DNA of 63,724 nucleotides, filler included, from Octopus bimaculoides (GCF_001194135.2; 7 parts of 5 records of this genome joined end to end with filler, not necessarily neighbours in it), one strand, 5' to 3'. Shown: positions 39,330-51,689, numbered from the whole stretch's first letter. Notes: generated from the letters alone by a model not told the origin. Numbers and translations are program-made.

Positions 39330-40420
39330 GGGCAGGGTTTGCGAGTTTCGCTTTTGGGTTCTTTTATGATATTCATTTAGAATCCCTAGTGTTAGTTACC
39401 TTCCAAGCAGACCTATCTTAAACAAGATCTTCTCTTGAGTATAGGTTGATCTTGGAGGCTTTCAAGATTGTCCTCTCTCTGCATCTAGTTTACAAGTTTC
39501 ACCAACACTGCACCTTGCATTCGCCAACTCAAAATAGAAAATTGCTTTTGGCAGTCTAGAATCAAGCATTCTTATGTATCCAGCCCAACGCAGCTGGATT
39601 TGTTTGAGCTTGGCAAAGAAAATGGGTGCATTGGCATGTCTGAGAACCTCTTTATATTTAAATTTTATCCTGCCACTTTATGCCTAGTATCTTCCTAAGA
39701 CGAGACATACGGAAATGGTTGCATTTTTTTGGCATCAGATTGGTACACTGTCCAAATTTCAGCTCTATAGAGGAGATCTAAAAAGATATGAACATTTTAA
39801 ACTTTCATTATTGTATCAATATGAATATCTGGTCTGTCTCATATTCTGTGCATTCGCCTTACCAATACGTAAAGATACTTCAGCATCGCTGTAGAAATTT
39901 AAGTACAGTGTTCTTTCAAGATAAAGTTGCCTACATTTTTCAGCTCGGTCTCAATTACTTTTATTCCAGCAATCCTACACCAACCTGTCCTGAGGCAGGT
40001 TGATGTAGGACTTCTATTTTTGCAGTACTGATAAGGAGGTCAAAGTTGTTGCAGGCCTTTCAAAATTAAACCAACACATGTTTCAACGTTGTAGGTATCT
40101 TGAATAAGCAATCCATAATTATCAGCAAACAAATGTTCACGGGTGTTTGCAATTTGCGAAGATTGGACAATTTGCCGCCCATCTCTATTTAATGTCACTT
40201 AATGTCAATTCCCAGATGCAGGTATTCTGAAAGCCTGCAGCAAAATAACACAGAAAAGGAAGGGAATAAAACAAAACCCTGCTTGATATAATTTGTGATT
40301 GAAAATTGTACAAATATGTCTCCATTACTCTCAGTTAACCATTATGAAATTGATGCTCCAAACACACGAATATGGGCGGACAAATGTATTTCGCAAGGCT
40401 TGTTCATAAATCAAATCGAC
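39330..40420 (-). pseudogene. Degenerate RTE/BovB-like reverse transcriptase fragment (second RTE lineage)
   Basis: Manual minus-strand translation across frameshifts gives LAKYICPPIF, QFHNG, IKQGFVL, GGKLSNLRKLQ, HLFADN, ACNNFDLLISTAKIEVLHQPA, RIGKAN and IQLRWAGYIRMLDSRLPKAIFYFEL. Confidence 0.8.
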
Positions 40421-40725
40421 TGTTCATCGCACTGATCTATCCACGCTTGCGTGTACACACACACACGCGCGCGCATAAAAAGATTAAAAAGGGATTAATA
40501 ATCCTGGCGAAATACGCCTTAAGCTCTCTGTTGATAAAAATACATCAGGCTAACAAAAAGTCCTGTGATCGGTACTGTACACCAGATAATCCTTAATCAA
40601 AGTCCATCACTAGTCAAATTTGTAAATCCACGGTCCCATTACCAAGTTGAGATAGTATGTTGTTACAGAATGATTCAGAGAATAGACAAAAATAATGGAT
40701 TATATACATTTACTTATTTAAGGCT

Positions 40726-40839
40726 TACAGCCGTTTCAGATGTAAGTTTAGGTTGGCTCATGGTTCAATTTTAAGAATCAATTGATTTATTGACTGAAAA
40801 AATATATGAAACCACCACCCTAAGATATCTTCTTCAGAG
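40726..40839 (-). ncRNA. Degenerate hammerhead-like motif with long (~93 nt) stem II
   Basis: Minus strand: CTGAAGA (40837-40831), then AGAT...ATCT closing an imperfect hairpin (TTAGG/CCTAA, TGGTTTCA/TGAACCA), then GAAAC-GGCT-GTA. Stem I is only ~2 bp. Confidence 0.45.
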
Positions 40840-40929
40840 ACGCAACAAACCAGCACGACGGGCCAAGTTATGATAAAACTTCAAGATGTACGTTAATCTG
40901 TAATATTCAGCAATAATTAAGCACAAAAT

Positions 40930-41160
40930 ATATTCTGTTGTGTCTGGGGAGAATCATTTTCTTTTTGTGCCTTATAATTTAACACACTCACTGGTAAAAT
41001 TTCCACATATTTCTTATAGTTAAGACTATTGAAAAGGTTGCAAGACACAACGAAAATTTTAGGAAAATAAAAATAAGAAATAAGTGGAAATTTTACCGGT
41101 GAGTGTGTTAAATTATAAGGCACAGAAAGAAAATGACTCTCCCCAGACACAACAGAATAT
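40930..41160. repeat. Foldback, ~88-bp inverted arms, ~55-bp spacer
   Basis: 40930-41017 is the reverse complement of 41073-41160 with few mismatches. Confidence 0.9.
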
Positions 41161-41918
41161 GCTTCAACACACGAACTCAGATAAAGAATCTTGCAAACCA
41201 AATCCAAAAAACGAAACAAAATATATTGTACTCTGGAAACATGTATTGGAGCTTTTGTCTTATAATCATTTAATATTCGTGTATGTGTATATAAGAACTC
41301 ATTGTTACATGTGTGTGAATGCATGTGAATGTGTACATACACATATCCACATCCACTTGCGAGCACGCGTGCACACGCACATATCCGTGTGTATAAGCGT
41401 GTACCATTATGTGGATGTTATGCAATATATAAAGCATTATATGTATAAACATGTTGCCCGTTACATGTGTGTGTGCGTGTGTGGTTTGGTGTGTTTGAAG
41501 TATGTACTTCTATAAACGACTATTTATATGCGTTTGTCTATAAACGACTATCTGTGTTTGAATGAATACACGCGTGTATGTTTGTGCTTGTGTGTATGTA
41601 AGCGTGTAATTAAGGCAATTAGTTGTACTTGCAGCATTGTGCTCGAAAACTAATTAGTTACTCAAGCTTGCTGTTCGGACTAAAGGGAAGACACACACAA
41701 AAAAGTGGAATGTAAGTTCTATTGACATCTGGGGAATTGCTTAAATAACACAAACAACAAGAAAGATTCCTTTGATAATCACATTTCTGCTTTTTAAATA
41801 AAAGTCTTGTTTAGTGTAAACTAACTCACATCTACACAGACTCACATAAATTCTTGTGGCTATACGTGCAACAGATAAGCCTTAAGTACATTTATATATA
41901 ACCCTCACGCTTCTGTGG

Positions 41919-41969
<51 letters not shown>

Positions 41970-42098
41970 GTGTGTGTGTGTGTATGTATTTATGTATGCA
42001 TGAATGTGTTGTGTCGATATATATATATATATAAATGTGTAGCGTGTTTAGTTATGCATGCATGTATATGTGTGTATGTGCGCGCATATGTACGTATA

Positions 42099-42144
<46 letters not shown>

Positions 42145-42263
42145 TAGATGCGTTAATAAGGAACTGGGAGAAAGAATATTCAATACCGAAAGGTGGATAA
42201 TAAATTCTTTAATGGAATTCTACATGGCCTCATCTCACGAACTGAAACTAAACTAATAAAAGA

Positions 42264-42301
<38 letters not shown>

Positions 42302-43059
42302 GCACAAACATGTACAAACACGTACGCACACGCTCATGCACCCATATATCTGCTTGGATATGTCCAAATAGGTTTCCTTTAAACACATTGTCTTGGTTTC
42401 CAAATCTGTTCGAATTTTCAAAGTTTATCACAATGCCTCAAATTTCACCTTAAAAATATAAATTATTTCAAATATTCCAAAATCTTTAACTAGAAGTTGG
42501 TTGAAATTCTTGTCACATATTCTGTTATAATCGAGTGTTTCGTGGGGGAGATACAGAAATTATACTATTGATTTAACCACTGTCTCATTGATGGGAAGTT
42601 ACTGAAAGCTGTTGCTGTCACTGCTACTATATCCGTTTCACAGAAATATTATGGGGAAGAATTGGAAGTTTGTAAGATAAAGGGAAACCAGTAGCAATAT
42701 ATTTGGTTTCTATTACAATTTTGTAAATTCGAAGTATGTGTTAAATTTGAAAAATTCACTTTGAGATAAAGAAACAAGACAGAAGAGAGGTGAGAAAGGA
42801 AAAGAAAGAAAAGGAAAGAAAAAAAAGAAAAAAAGAAAAAAAGGGTGGAATGGGAGTAAAGTAGTGGAAGATGGAGAGGGAGGGGTTGCCGCCCCTTGGC
42901 ATCCGGGCCACATTCTTAGCGCCCCCACCTCCATTCACCATTACAAACGTAGACCACTAACTGAAGCAAATTCAAAACAATTGTATTTCACAAATAAAAC
43001 TTATCCTAATTAACCCATTATTTTGTTGTTTTTACATCCATCGCCCCTTTTTTTGGTTA

Positions 43060-43140
43060 CCCCCATTTTCCATCAAGTTCCCTGGATCTTTCTACCGCCC
43101 TCAGCGGGAGGAACAGTACCGCCCACTTTGGGAACCAATG
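43060..43140 (-). mobile_element. Possible hAT/Charlie-type terminal sequence
   Basis: Minus strand CATTGGTTCCCAAAGTGGGCGGTAC resembles CAGTGGTTCCCAAA termini. No partner end was found. Confidence 0.3.
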
Positions 43141-43509
43141 TCCTAGAGCAAATGGTGTGCTCAGCCACGCTCTGCAATAAGGACTGCGATTGTGTTGCAG
43201 CAGAGATTGGCCAACGACACTCGCTGCATTAATCACTCTCACCTCGCGGGACTCGTTTCTCCGATGGTCTCCGTTATCCCAATTCTGTGGAGAAAATCGG
43301 TAGTATGGAGTCCGAGAACACCTGACGTCTCGACAGGAAAGTGTGTATATATATATACAAAGAGTGCGTCAGCTATTTGCGAACAAAACTTTTAATAAAC
43401 ATAAGTAGCATAAGCGTAAACCAAATATCTTTTCTTTTTTCAGTCCTTGCATGAGATCTTCGAATCTAAAGCAGATGATGCATAGAAGCTTCGAATCTTA
43501 TGCAAACGA

Positions 43510-44454
43510 TGAAAATGTATGATATTGCCTCGCCTTATCCACCAATCACAAAGATTCTGAGATTGCAGCCTTTTTAAATATCATCAGTTCCTTCGTGTTT
43601 AAGATCAGAAAAGAGCTCCTGGCCTCTGGCAGGAATGTTTTCTGTGACCAAAACCTAAAGGAAAAAAAAAATTCTCGACAGTCATTGTGAGGAAAATCGA
43701 GCTTGTCCAGATAGTTCATTGCATCATCAACAATAATCTCGGCAAATCAATGACGATATCAGGTGTAAATCCTATATTATGAGAAGTCAGTCCATGTCCG
43801 ATAAGATTAGAGAAAACTGCGATCCAGTCGAAGCGATTGCTGAACAAACTCAAGCAGTGCCAAGGCCCGACATGCTCTAATTCTTCCCAGATAAGAAAAG
43901 CTTTGTCTGAGATCAAAAAGTTCACAAGAAGAATGACTGATGCCTCTGCACCAGCTCTGAAATCTCCACTTTTATGCATACCAAGTTCCCATCATCCGTG
44001 ACGGTCTCGAGAGTCGTAAGCAATGAAGGCCATGTCATACCTTCTCATTTTTTCCCTGAAGGTTTTAGGATCAATGTGGCAGCCTACATCAAAATAATAG
44101 AGACGTTTGTAAAATCCTGGAAAGAGAGAGTTACTCGGGGAAGCCATACATACCCTACAAAGAATCTGTTCTCTATCACACAACCTGGTGTGAATGGCTG
44201 AAAATTTTCATGATAATGTCACCCCTAACATTTGGTCTCTTAACTCTCCTGATTTATCTCCACTGGGTTACTACATCAGTGGCATCGTTTAGAGGGGGAT
44301 CAATAAACATGCCCACAATATCAAGAACTCGTTGATATCTGCTACTGAGGACATTATTGTCAACATGAGCAAAGTTCATCTAATGAACGCATTTAGTCGT
44401 TTCAGAAGCCGTATCGAAGCAGTAATCGAAACTGATGGCGGTTTTATTGAATAA
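43510..44454 (+). pseudogene. Tc1/mariner-superfamily transposase relic (maT/DD37D-like)
   Basis: HKDSEIAAFLN (HTH-like), HTKFPSSVTVSRVVSNEGHVIPSHFFPEGFRIN, NIW..NSPDLSPLGYY, FRSRIEAVIETDGGFIE*. Confidence 0.75.
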
Positions 44455-44691
44455 CCTTTTGTAAGAATATGTGTACTTCTTTTCAAATAAATAAATAAAT
44501 AAATAAATACTAGTTTTTTTTTTTTTTTATCTGGTAGCTATGGGAACTGAGGTGCTACGGTAGGTAAGACTGAGAGGAACTTGCTTTTCATACTCGTTTC
44601 TAAAACCCACTGTTCTGGTAATTTGTTCTTGTAATATTCACCAGCTGTCGCTCTGGCCGTTATAAAACAAATTAATTTTATTTTCATTAAG

Positions 44692-44902
44692 GTGGCGAGC
44701 TAGCTGCATCGTTAGCACGACGGACAAAATGCTTAGCGTTATTTCATCCGTCTTTACATTCTATGTTCAAATTCCGCTGCAGTCGTCTTTTCCTTTTTGG
44801 AGTCGATAAGATAAGTACCAATCAAGTAGTGGGGTCGATGTAATTGACTTACCCTTCTCTGAAATTGCTGGCCTAGTGCCAAAACTTGAAATCATTATTA
44901 TT
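44692..44902 (+). mobile_element. SINE family B (first copy of tandem cluster)
   Basis: Head through ...TTGAAATC(ATT)n. Confidence 0.8.
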
Positions 44903-44904
44903 AA

Positions 44905-45120
44905 GGCATCGAATTGGTAGAATAGTTTACATGTCACACAAAATGTTTAGCGACAATTCTTCTGGTTCTTTATGGTCTGAGTTCAAAACACACCGAGGTC
45001 GACTTTGCTTTTCATCCTTTCGGGGTCAATAAAATAAGTATCAGTAGAATACTGGGGTCGATATAATCGACTTAATCCTTCTCCCGATATTGACGGCCTT
45101 GTGGCAGAATTTGAAACCAC

Positions 45121-45169
<49 letters not shown>

Positions 45170-45170
45170 G
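44905..45170 (+). mobile_element. SINE family B (second copy of cluster) with (TAT)n tail
   Basis: Diverged head, intact central domain, ends GAATTTGAAACCAC(TAT)n. Confidence 0.78.
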
Positions 45171-45493
45171 TTCAGTAGTTTTATTTTTATAACGTGCTTT
45201 CACTTCACTACCGAGCGCAGCTCTGTGTGCCTTGGGTATGTGCTGTGGTTTGCTGTGATGCTCTTATGGTTACTGTATTGAAAGTGTTTTGCGTAGGATG
45301 TGTGCAGTGCCCAGTAGTGCAATTTTCTGTATGTTATATATATTTGTAAGTCCTGGTGTTTTTGTTATGTATTTGTCTGAATATTTTTTTTATTATACCT
45401 AAGGCACCTACTATGATAGGAATTGTTTCTGTTTTTAGATTCCACATTCGAATTATCTCTATTTCCAGGTCTTTGTATTTTGAAAGTTTCTCC

Positions 45494-45497
<4 letters not shown>
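45171..45497 (-). mobile_element. R4/Dong-like LINE 3' end inserted in (TAA)n
   Basis: Minus translation EKLSKYKDLEIEIIRMWNLKTETIPIIVGALGII / KYITKTPG...IQKIALLGTAHILRKTLSIQ* (one frameshift in an A-run). A ~100-bp UTR follows. Both ends lie in TAA/TTA arrays. Confidence 0.8.
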
Positions 45498-45548
<51 letters not shown>

Positions 45549-45897
45549 NNNNNNNNNNNNNNNNNNNNNNNNNNNNNNNNNNNNNNNNNNNNNNNNNNNN
45601 NNNNNNNNNNNNNNNNNNNNNNNNNNNNNNNNNNNNNNNNNNNNNNNNNNNNNNNNNNNNNNNNNNNNNNNNNNNNNNNNNNNNNNNNNNNNNNNNNNNN
45701 NNNNNNNNNNNNNNNNNNNNNNNNNNNNNNNNNNNNNNNNNNNNNNNNNNNNNNNNNNNNNNNNNNNNNNNNNNNNNNNNNNNNNNNNNNNNNNNNNNNN
45801 NNNNNNNNNNNNNNNNNNNNNNNNNNNNNNNNNNNNNNNNNNNNNNNNNNNNNNNNNNNNNNNNNNNNNNNNNNNNNNNNNNNGAATTTGAAACCAC

Positions 45898-45952
<55 letters not shown>

Positions 45953-45969
45953 GTTGTTGTTATTATTAT

Positions 45970-46185
45970 TGGCAGAATCGCTAGCACGCCGGGCAAAATG
46001 CTTAGAGGTATTTCGTCCGTCTTTACGTTCTGGGTTCAAATTCCGCCGGGGTCAACTTTGCTTTTCATCCTTTCGGGGTCGATGAAATAAGTATCAGTTA
46101 CGCACTGGGGTCAATATAATCGTCTACCTCACTCCCCCAGATTTCAGGCCTTGTGTCTATAGTAGAAATGGTAATTATTATTATT
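45970..46185 (+). mobile_element. SINE family B (last copy of cluster)
   Basis: TGGCAGAATCGCTAGCACGCCGGGC... It follows another family B tail at 45884-45968. Confidence 0.85.
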
Positions 46186-46448
46186 GAGTGATAGAGCAGT
46201 GCATGCCATCAAAGTGACACGGAGGTAAAATATACGAAGCCCATTATACCCATCATGACTACCCGTCTGATAAGGGTACACCAGGCACATGCATCACAAC
46301 CATATGTGCGCGACATGGTGATCTCATATCAAGATAAACAGCGCACAACCTCGCAGGTGGGGTCCAGTTAGAATTTTCTTCAGGTCGAGTAGCCCATCCC
46401 GCTCAAAAGGTCCCTGAATAAGGTTTGTTTAAGGATGTTGAGCAAAAC
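46186..46448 (-). mobile_element. Family D copy (cut by a scaffold join)
   Basis: GAGTGATAGAGCAGTGCATGCCATCAAAGTGACAC... Confidence 0.82.
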
Positions 46449-46548
46449 NNNNNNNNNNNNNNNNNNNNNNNNNNNNNNNNNNNNNNNNNNNNTTAATTAA
46501 TTAANNNNNNNNNNNNNNNNNNNNNNNNNNNNNNNNNNNNNNNNNNNN

Positions 46549-47033
46549 CATCCCCTTCTACTCCTATCCATTCCCACATAGTCTAGATGCGTGTCCAAGG
46601 TAGCGTTCCAGTCCCCTACTAATAGTAAAGGTCTTGACGTTCCCAGGAAAACCTCTAGACGTCTAAAGAAATCCGCCTGACCCGTTAAGGACGGTGCATA
46701 CACTGCCATCAGACGGAATGCACATCCGTTTGTGCCATCGATGTCCAAGACAACCAGCCTACCCTCCGGGTCTGGGAATATTGGCCTTACTTTTAGGTTC
46801 AGACTCTTCCGAAAAAGCACCGTGGTACCACCACCACCCATGTTTGGCAGACAGGGAGAAAAATAAATGTCGAATTGTCCGCCAAACATGGACTTGAGGG
46901 CCCGCGGATTACTGAGTCTGGTTTCACTGATAGCTATTATTTCTATGTTCTGTGACCTGATGTCATTTAGAAGATATCCTTGCTTCCAAGCTGACACCAA
47001 GCCACGTACATTTACACAACCTATTTTAAGCAT
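46549..47033 (-). CDS. L1/Tx1-like LINE ORF2 N-terminus: APE-type endonuclease (open up to the gap)
   Basis: MLKIGCVNVRGL...IAISETRL...GGGGTTVLFR...DPEGRLVVLD...AVYAP...LLVGDWNATLD are the standard APE motifs. The ORF is truncated by a scaffold join. Confidence 0.88.
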
Positions 47034-47070
47034 AATTTAGTCGAAAAGCGCAAAAAGACGAGAGAGAATG

Positions 47071-48629
47071 TTACTTACTCATTTCGACAGTTTTACACTG
47101 TTCCTCCTTAGAAATGTCTTGGAGTAAGTCTTTATACAATTTTTTGGAAAGGTATTTTTGGAAACCCCCTACCGCATTTGGATAGAGGGATTTGAGTGTG
47201 TGGTGCTGTGTTAGTGTCAAATGTACTATTTTTATATGTTCTGGTGGTGTTGTTCTTGAGTGATTGTTTGTTTTCAAGTCATCTTCACATATGTTTGTGT
47301 GATATGCAATATAATCCATTAATTTTATGTATTTCGTGTTTATGGCCGAGAGCATTGTATGCGTTTTTGTGGTGTTGGTGTTGGTTTGGTTATGTAAGAG
47401 GCTTTCAGGGGTTGTGTACCTCCCTGCTTTGCTTGTGTTTGGTTTTGTCTTTTTAATCTTTTTCTCTTACCCCCTGTGGCTATCTGCCATTCCACTGGAC
47501 TGTCATCGTTTGACGAAAAGTCTTGCCCTTGGTAAGGGCAAGGCATCAGGTTCTATGCCTGTATTGTGTGGTGTGTGTATTGTTGGGGATTTAGGTTTAG
47601 CATTTGTTTTTTCTTCGTTGGTGTTTGTTTTCTTCGTTGTTGTTCTTGGTATTGGTGTTGGTCTATCTTTTGGTGTTTGTGGTGGTGTTGTATCCCTAAT
47701 TGGTTTCGGTGTTGGAGTTAATTGTGGTGGTGTTGTTTCTTTTCTTGGTGTTGATGGTGATGTCGTTTGGTTTACTTTGTTGATATGTTGTTGATGGGAT
47801 TCTATTTTTTTAAACACTTCTCGGATCACTTGTGGGTTTGGTGGTGTTGGTAGCAAAGGTTGTTTTTTATTTATTTTTTGTTTTGGCTGTAACTGTTCTT
47901 GCTGTTTCTTTTTTTATGCCAAAACGCACTTTGATATTAGGTGCTCTTGGCTGCCACAGAGGTAGCAACACGGTTTTTTACCCTCCGCCACCACATAGAG
48001 GCTTTGTCCATTTTCTAGGTGAATTACGTTCGGCAATTTTTCCAGTGAATCTTGATCCATCTGGATCAAGATTTCAATGGATTTTCCCGTCCAATTGTCA
48101 TTATGGACAACAGTGGTTTCCAAAACGTTGATTGTTTTCAAATGAAAACATATCGCCGAAGTAATCCACTTCGACTCAATTTCAGGAGGGACATTTTTAT
48201 TTTAATTTTACTAACTCTCTGTCCCATGTAGTATGGGACCATGATGAGTTCATCATTTTGTAAGGCTTCCATACTATGTATTTTCGCCTCTTCTTCATTA
48301 TTAAAACGAAATTGCACCGTATTATATTGAGGACCCCAGTTTATATACTGTTTAAGTTTCATAAATTTTTTTTTGCACATTTTTCACTGTCTGTTTTTGT
48401 AATTGGTTCTGTTACTTTATTGCTTTTTCTTATTATTTTGTAAATAATTGTTCTTTTTTCTACGTCTTCTCTCACTTCTTTTGGTGCATGCAATATTAAA
48501 TTTTGTCCGGACGTAGAAAAAAGAGACCTGGTCTCTATGAGTTCTTTGTTTGTAAAATGTAGAATTTCTTTTTTTTTTTAAGCATGACCGCAAAGTTTTT
48601 GTTGTTGTTGTTATTGTCGTCGTCGTTGT

Positions 48630-48679
<50 letters not shown>

Positions 48680-48975
48680 ATGATGGCGTTAGCAGAAATA
48701 GTGTTGACGTCAGAGACTTTAGTGACGTTGCTTGTGTATGGTTTTGTAACCTTGGTTACATTTTCGTTTTTGTTGTTGGTGGTGGTGGTGGCGGTGTTAA
48801 TTTTCATGTTAACACCTGCATCTGTGTGTGCGTTGTCCCTTTCCCTTTTCTTCATTCCTTCGTTCAAATGTGGTGAAGGGAGTGTAGGGAAATCAACGTC
48901 AAACGACACGCTGCAAAATTCAACGTTTGTTTGACGAATGTCTTCATGGTTAGAAGACGCCATCGTCCAAAACAA
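47071..48975 (-). pseudogene. L1/Tx1-like LINE ORF1 (frameshifted), with CCHC zinc knuckle
   Basis: A chain of minus-strand ORF pieces lies directly upstream of the endonuclease. CYLCGSQEHLISKC (CX2CX4HX4C) is at 47926-47967, followed by P/T-rich low-complexity segments. Confidence 0.75.
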
Positions 48976-49207
48976 AAAATGGCTAGAAAGCCGAAATCAA
49001 TTTTTAAAATCTGGAAATATTCCACACAGGGCAGATCTCCGTCGCAAAAAAACTTGCACCACAGAGTCTATAAGTTGTTGTACAACTTTCTATACAAAAT
49101 TCACTTTAGAAAAAATCTTTTGAAAGCATCAAAAAAGGCAAAACTTACGGAGCCGATACGTCTATCGTTCGTCCATAAAGATAGATAGATAGATCGATAG
49201 CTAGATG

Positions 49208-49239
<32 letters not shown>

Positions 49240-49644
49240 TATAGATAGATAAATAGATAGATAGATCTAAAAGATATTTAAAACAAACGCGCGCGCACAC
49301 ATGCACTCTCGCACGCATGAGCACATATTTATATGTATGAACATATATAGGTGTATATAAATATGTATGAGTATGTATGAGTGTGTCATTTTATGTGTGT
49401 GTGTGTGTGTGTGTGTGTTTGTGTGTATGTTTAAGAATACATATATGTATATGAGCACTACCGGATTCCTTGAATCCATAAATTGTGACTTAAATACATA
49501 CATACACACATACATACATGCGTTTGCTTTCATGTTTATTTTTCGCCTTATAAGACGGAAAAAAGTTTGTTTACATATGTTGTTGCATTTCAAAACATAA
49601 AATTATGATATTTAGCGCTTAATTTGACGGTGATGGTTTTCAGC

Positions 49645-49707
49645 GAGGAGTTTAGCTCAAAGGTAGAGTACTCAGCCGATATCTGAGCAGTGCGGATTCT
49701 AGTCCCG
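49645..49707 (+). other. Degenerate tRNA-like head (A/B box remnants)
   Basis: TAGCTCAAAGGTAGAG ... GGATTCTAGTCCC; no intact cloverleaf. Confidence 0.3.
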
Positions 49708-51689
49708 AGGCTGTCTCCTGGCAACATTTTTCCGTCTTAATAGGGAAGAAATGCCGCTAGACCTTTTGTCTAGTGCAATAATGATTTTGCCGGACAGACT
49801 GACTCAGTCATACCAGCAGACTCTTGATTTACTCTTGATGTACTGTTTGGAGTCACGAGCAAGTAATTCAGTTGGTATATTTTCAATGATGAAAAGAATA
49901 ACATCGATTTCTCTGACATTTTGAAAGACGAGCAGAAAGAAACATTGTTGGATGGCAACGCCATACAGAAGCTGCAATTATTGTCACTTGGTAAGGAGAT
50001 GTGTTTAAGGTGATCAAAGAAAAACTATGCAAAATAGCTATTATCGTCTTTGGAATGTTGGGAGTGACCGCTGTAGGTTAGTTCTCTTCAAGATGGACAG
50101 CGTAGTGTTTCTCAACGGGAACCAAGAACAAACTTGTGCGTTTTTGTAGACTTTGTTAGATCTGTGTAGATAGGAAAACATTGATATTTGTGAGAACTGG
50201 GATTACATGAGGAGCACATTGAGGATTCTACAAAGAACAACTAAAGAGAGATATCTATTTTTAACTTGGAAGTTGAATGTCGTGTAGAGATTAATATAAA
50301 GGAAAAATAAGGNNNNNNNNNNNNNNNNNNNNNNNNNNNNNNNNNNNNNNNNNNNNNNNNNNNNNNNNNNNNNNNNNNNNNNNNNNNNNNNNNNNNNNNN
50401 NNNNNNNNNNNNNNNNNNNNNNNNNNNNNNNNNNNNNNNNNNNNNNNNNNNNNNNNNNNNNNNNNNNNNNNNNNNNNNNNNNNNNNNNNNNNNNNNNNNN
50501 NNNNNNNNNNNNNNNNNNNNNNNNNNNNNNNNNNNNNNNNNNNNNNNNNNNNNNNNNNNNNNNNNNNNNNNNNNNNNNNNNNNNNNNNNNNNNNNGTTAG
50601 AAAGCCATAAACACTAAACTCTCCAGTTTAACTTCCCAAATATATCTAACGTTTTATTTTATACTCGCCGTCGTTGCCGGGCAATTTTTATAATAGAATG
50701 TCTTTTATAATTTTTTGTTTATTGCATGTCAGACCATGCCTCCCTCGACAGATAGGCCTCTTGATCAGGACAGATTTGTGCAATATTTCGCAAAAAGACT
50801 TCGTTGAGGATTTTTTCCTCTTTAAATTATTTACATGTCTGTTCGACCGTTTCGCATGACTTTATTCATTAAAACTTATTAAAACTTCAGAAGTTCTTAC
50901 AACTTTGGTCGTTGTAATGCTTTGCTTTCGTTTGTTTAATAAAAATTCCTCCTCCTAATGATTTCGCTTTCATTTCGTGATAGACAGCTATCATGCAGAA
51001 AATGCCAACTTCCAAATCCTGTTTTCTTATTAGGCAAAATTAATTAAACTTTAAACCTCAGTAACTTTTTTCTGCAATTTTTCGAGAACAAATGAATAAC
51101 ATTTTCGGATTTAAAGAGGAAAATTATTTCAATATACCAAATGTGAAAATTTTGACGTAATTTTAAAATCTCACAATAAGTGACAGCAATACGGAAGACC
51201 CTACAAAAGTAGACACACACACATTTACAAACATACTCACAGATCATCACGAGTTTAAAATGGTGCATAGTAGACATTTGTATGTACGTATGCATGTATA
51301 TATGTATATCTGTATGCGTGACTGTATGTGTCTGTGTATGAGTGTTACTTTGCGATGGACAGCAGAAAAGCCACCTACCTCCTCTCTCCTTAAAGCTACA
51401 CATTTCTCACACTTGCCGTTGTCTCCCTTCCTTAGCGTTTTAAAAGTTACTTATGTGCGCGCATGAGTGTGCGTGTGTGTACATGCATGCATCTATGCAT
51501 TTACGAAAGTATGTATTCAGAGTCGCATGGATATGACAGCTTTATTAACGTTACACCCCATTGCCACTCCATATCTGTCGCTTACACAACGCTGTTTTCC
51601 CCTTCCCTGACATCAGTCACACTCACTTCTGCTACTACATCTCCCTCTGACTAATACACTTTGCACGCTTCTTATTTTATCATATAATC

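Noticed and set aside
49860-49995. Open segment WYIFNDEKNNIDFSDILKDEQKETLLDGNAIQKLQLLSL ending at GTAAG
   Set aside because: Weak acceptor and no motif I recognise; cannot support it as an exon.
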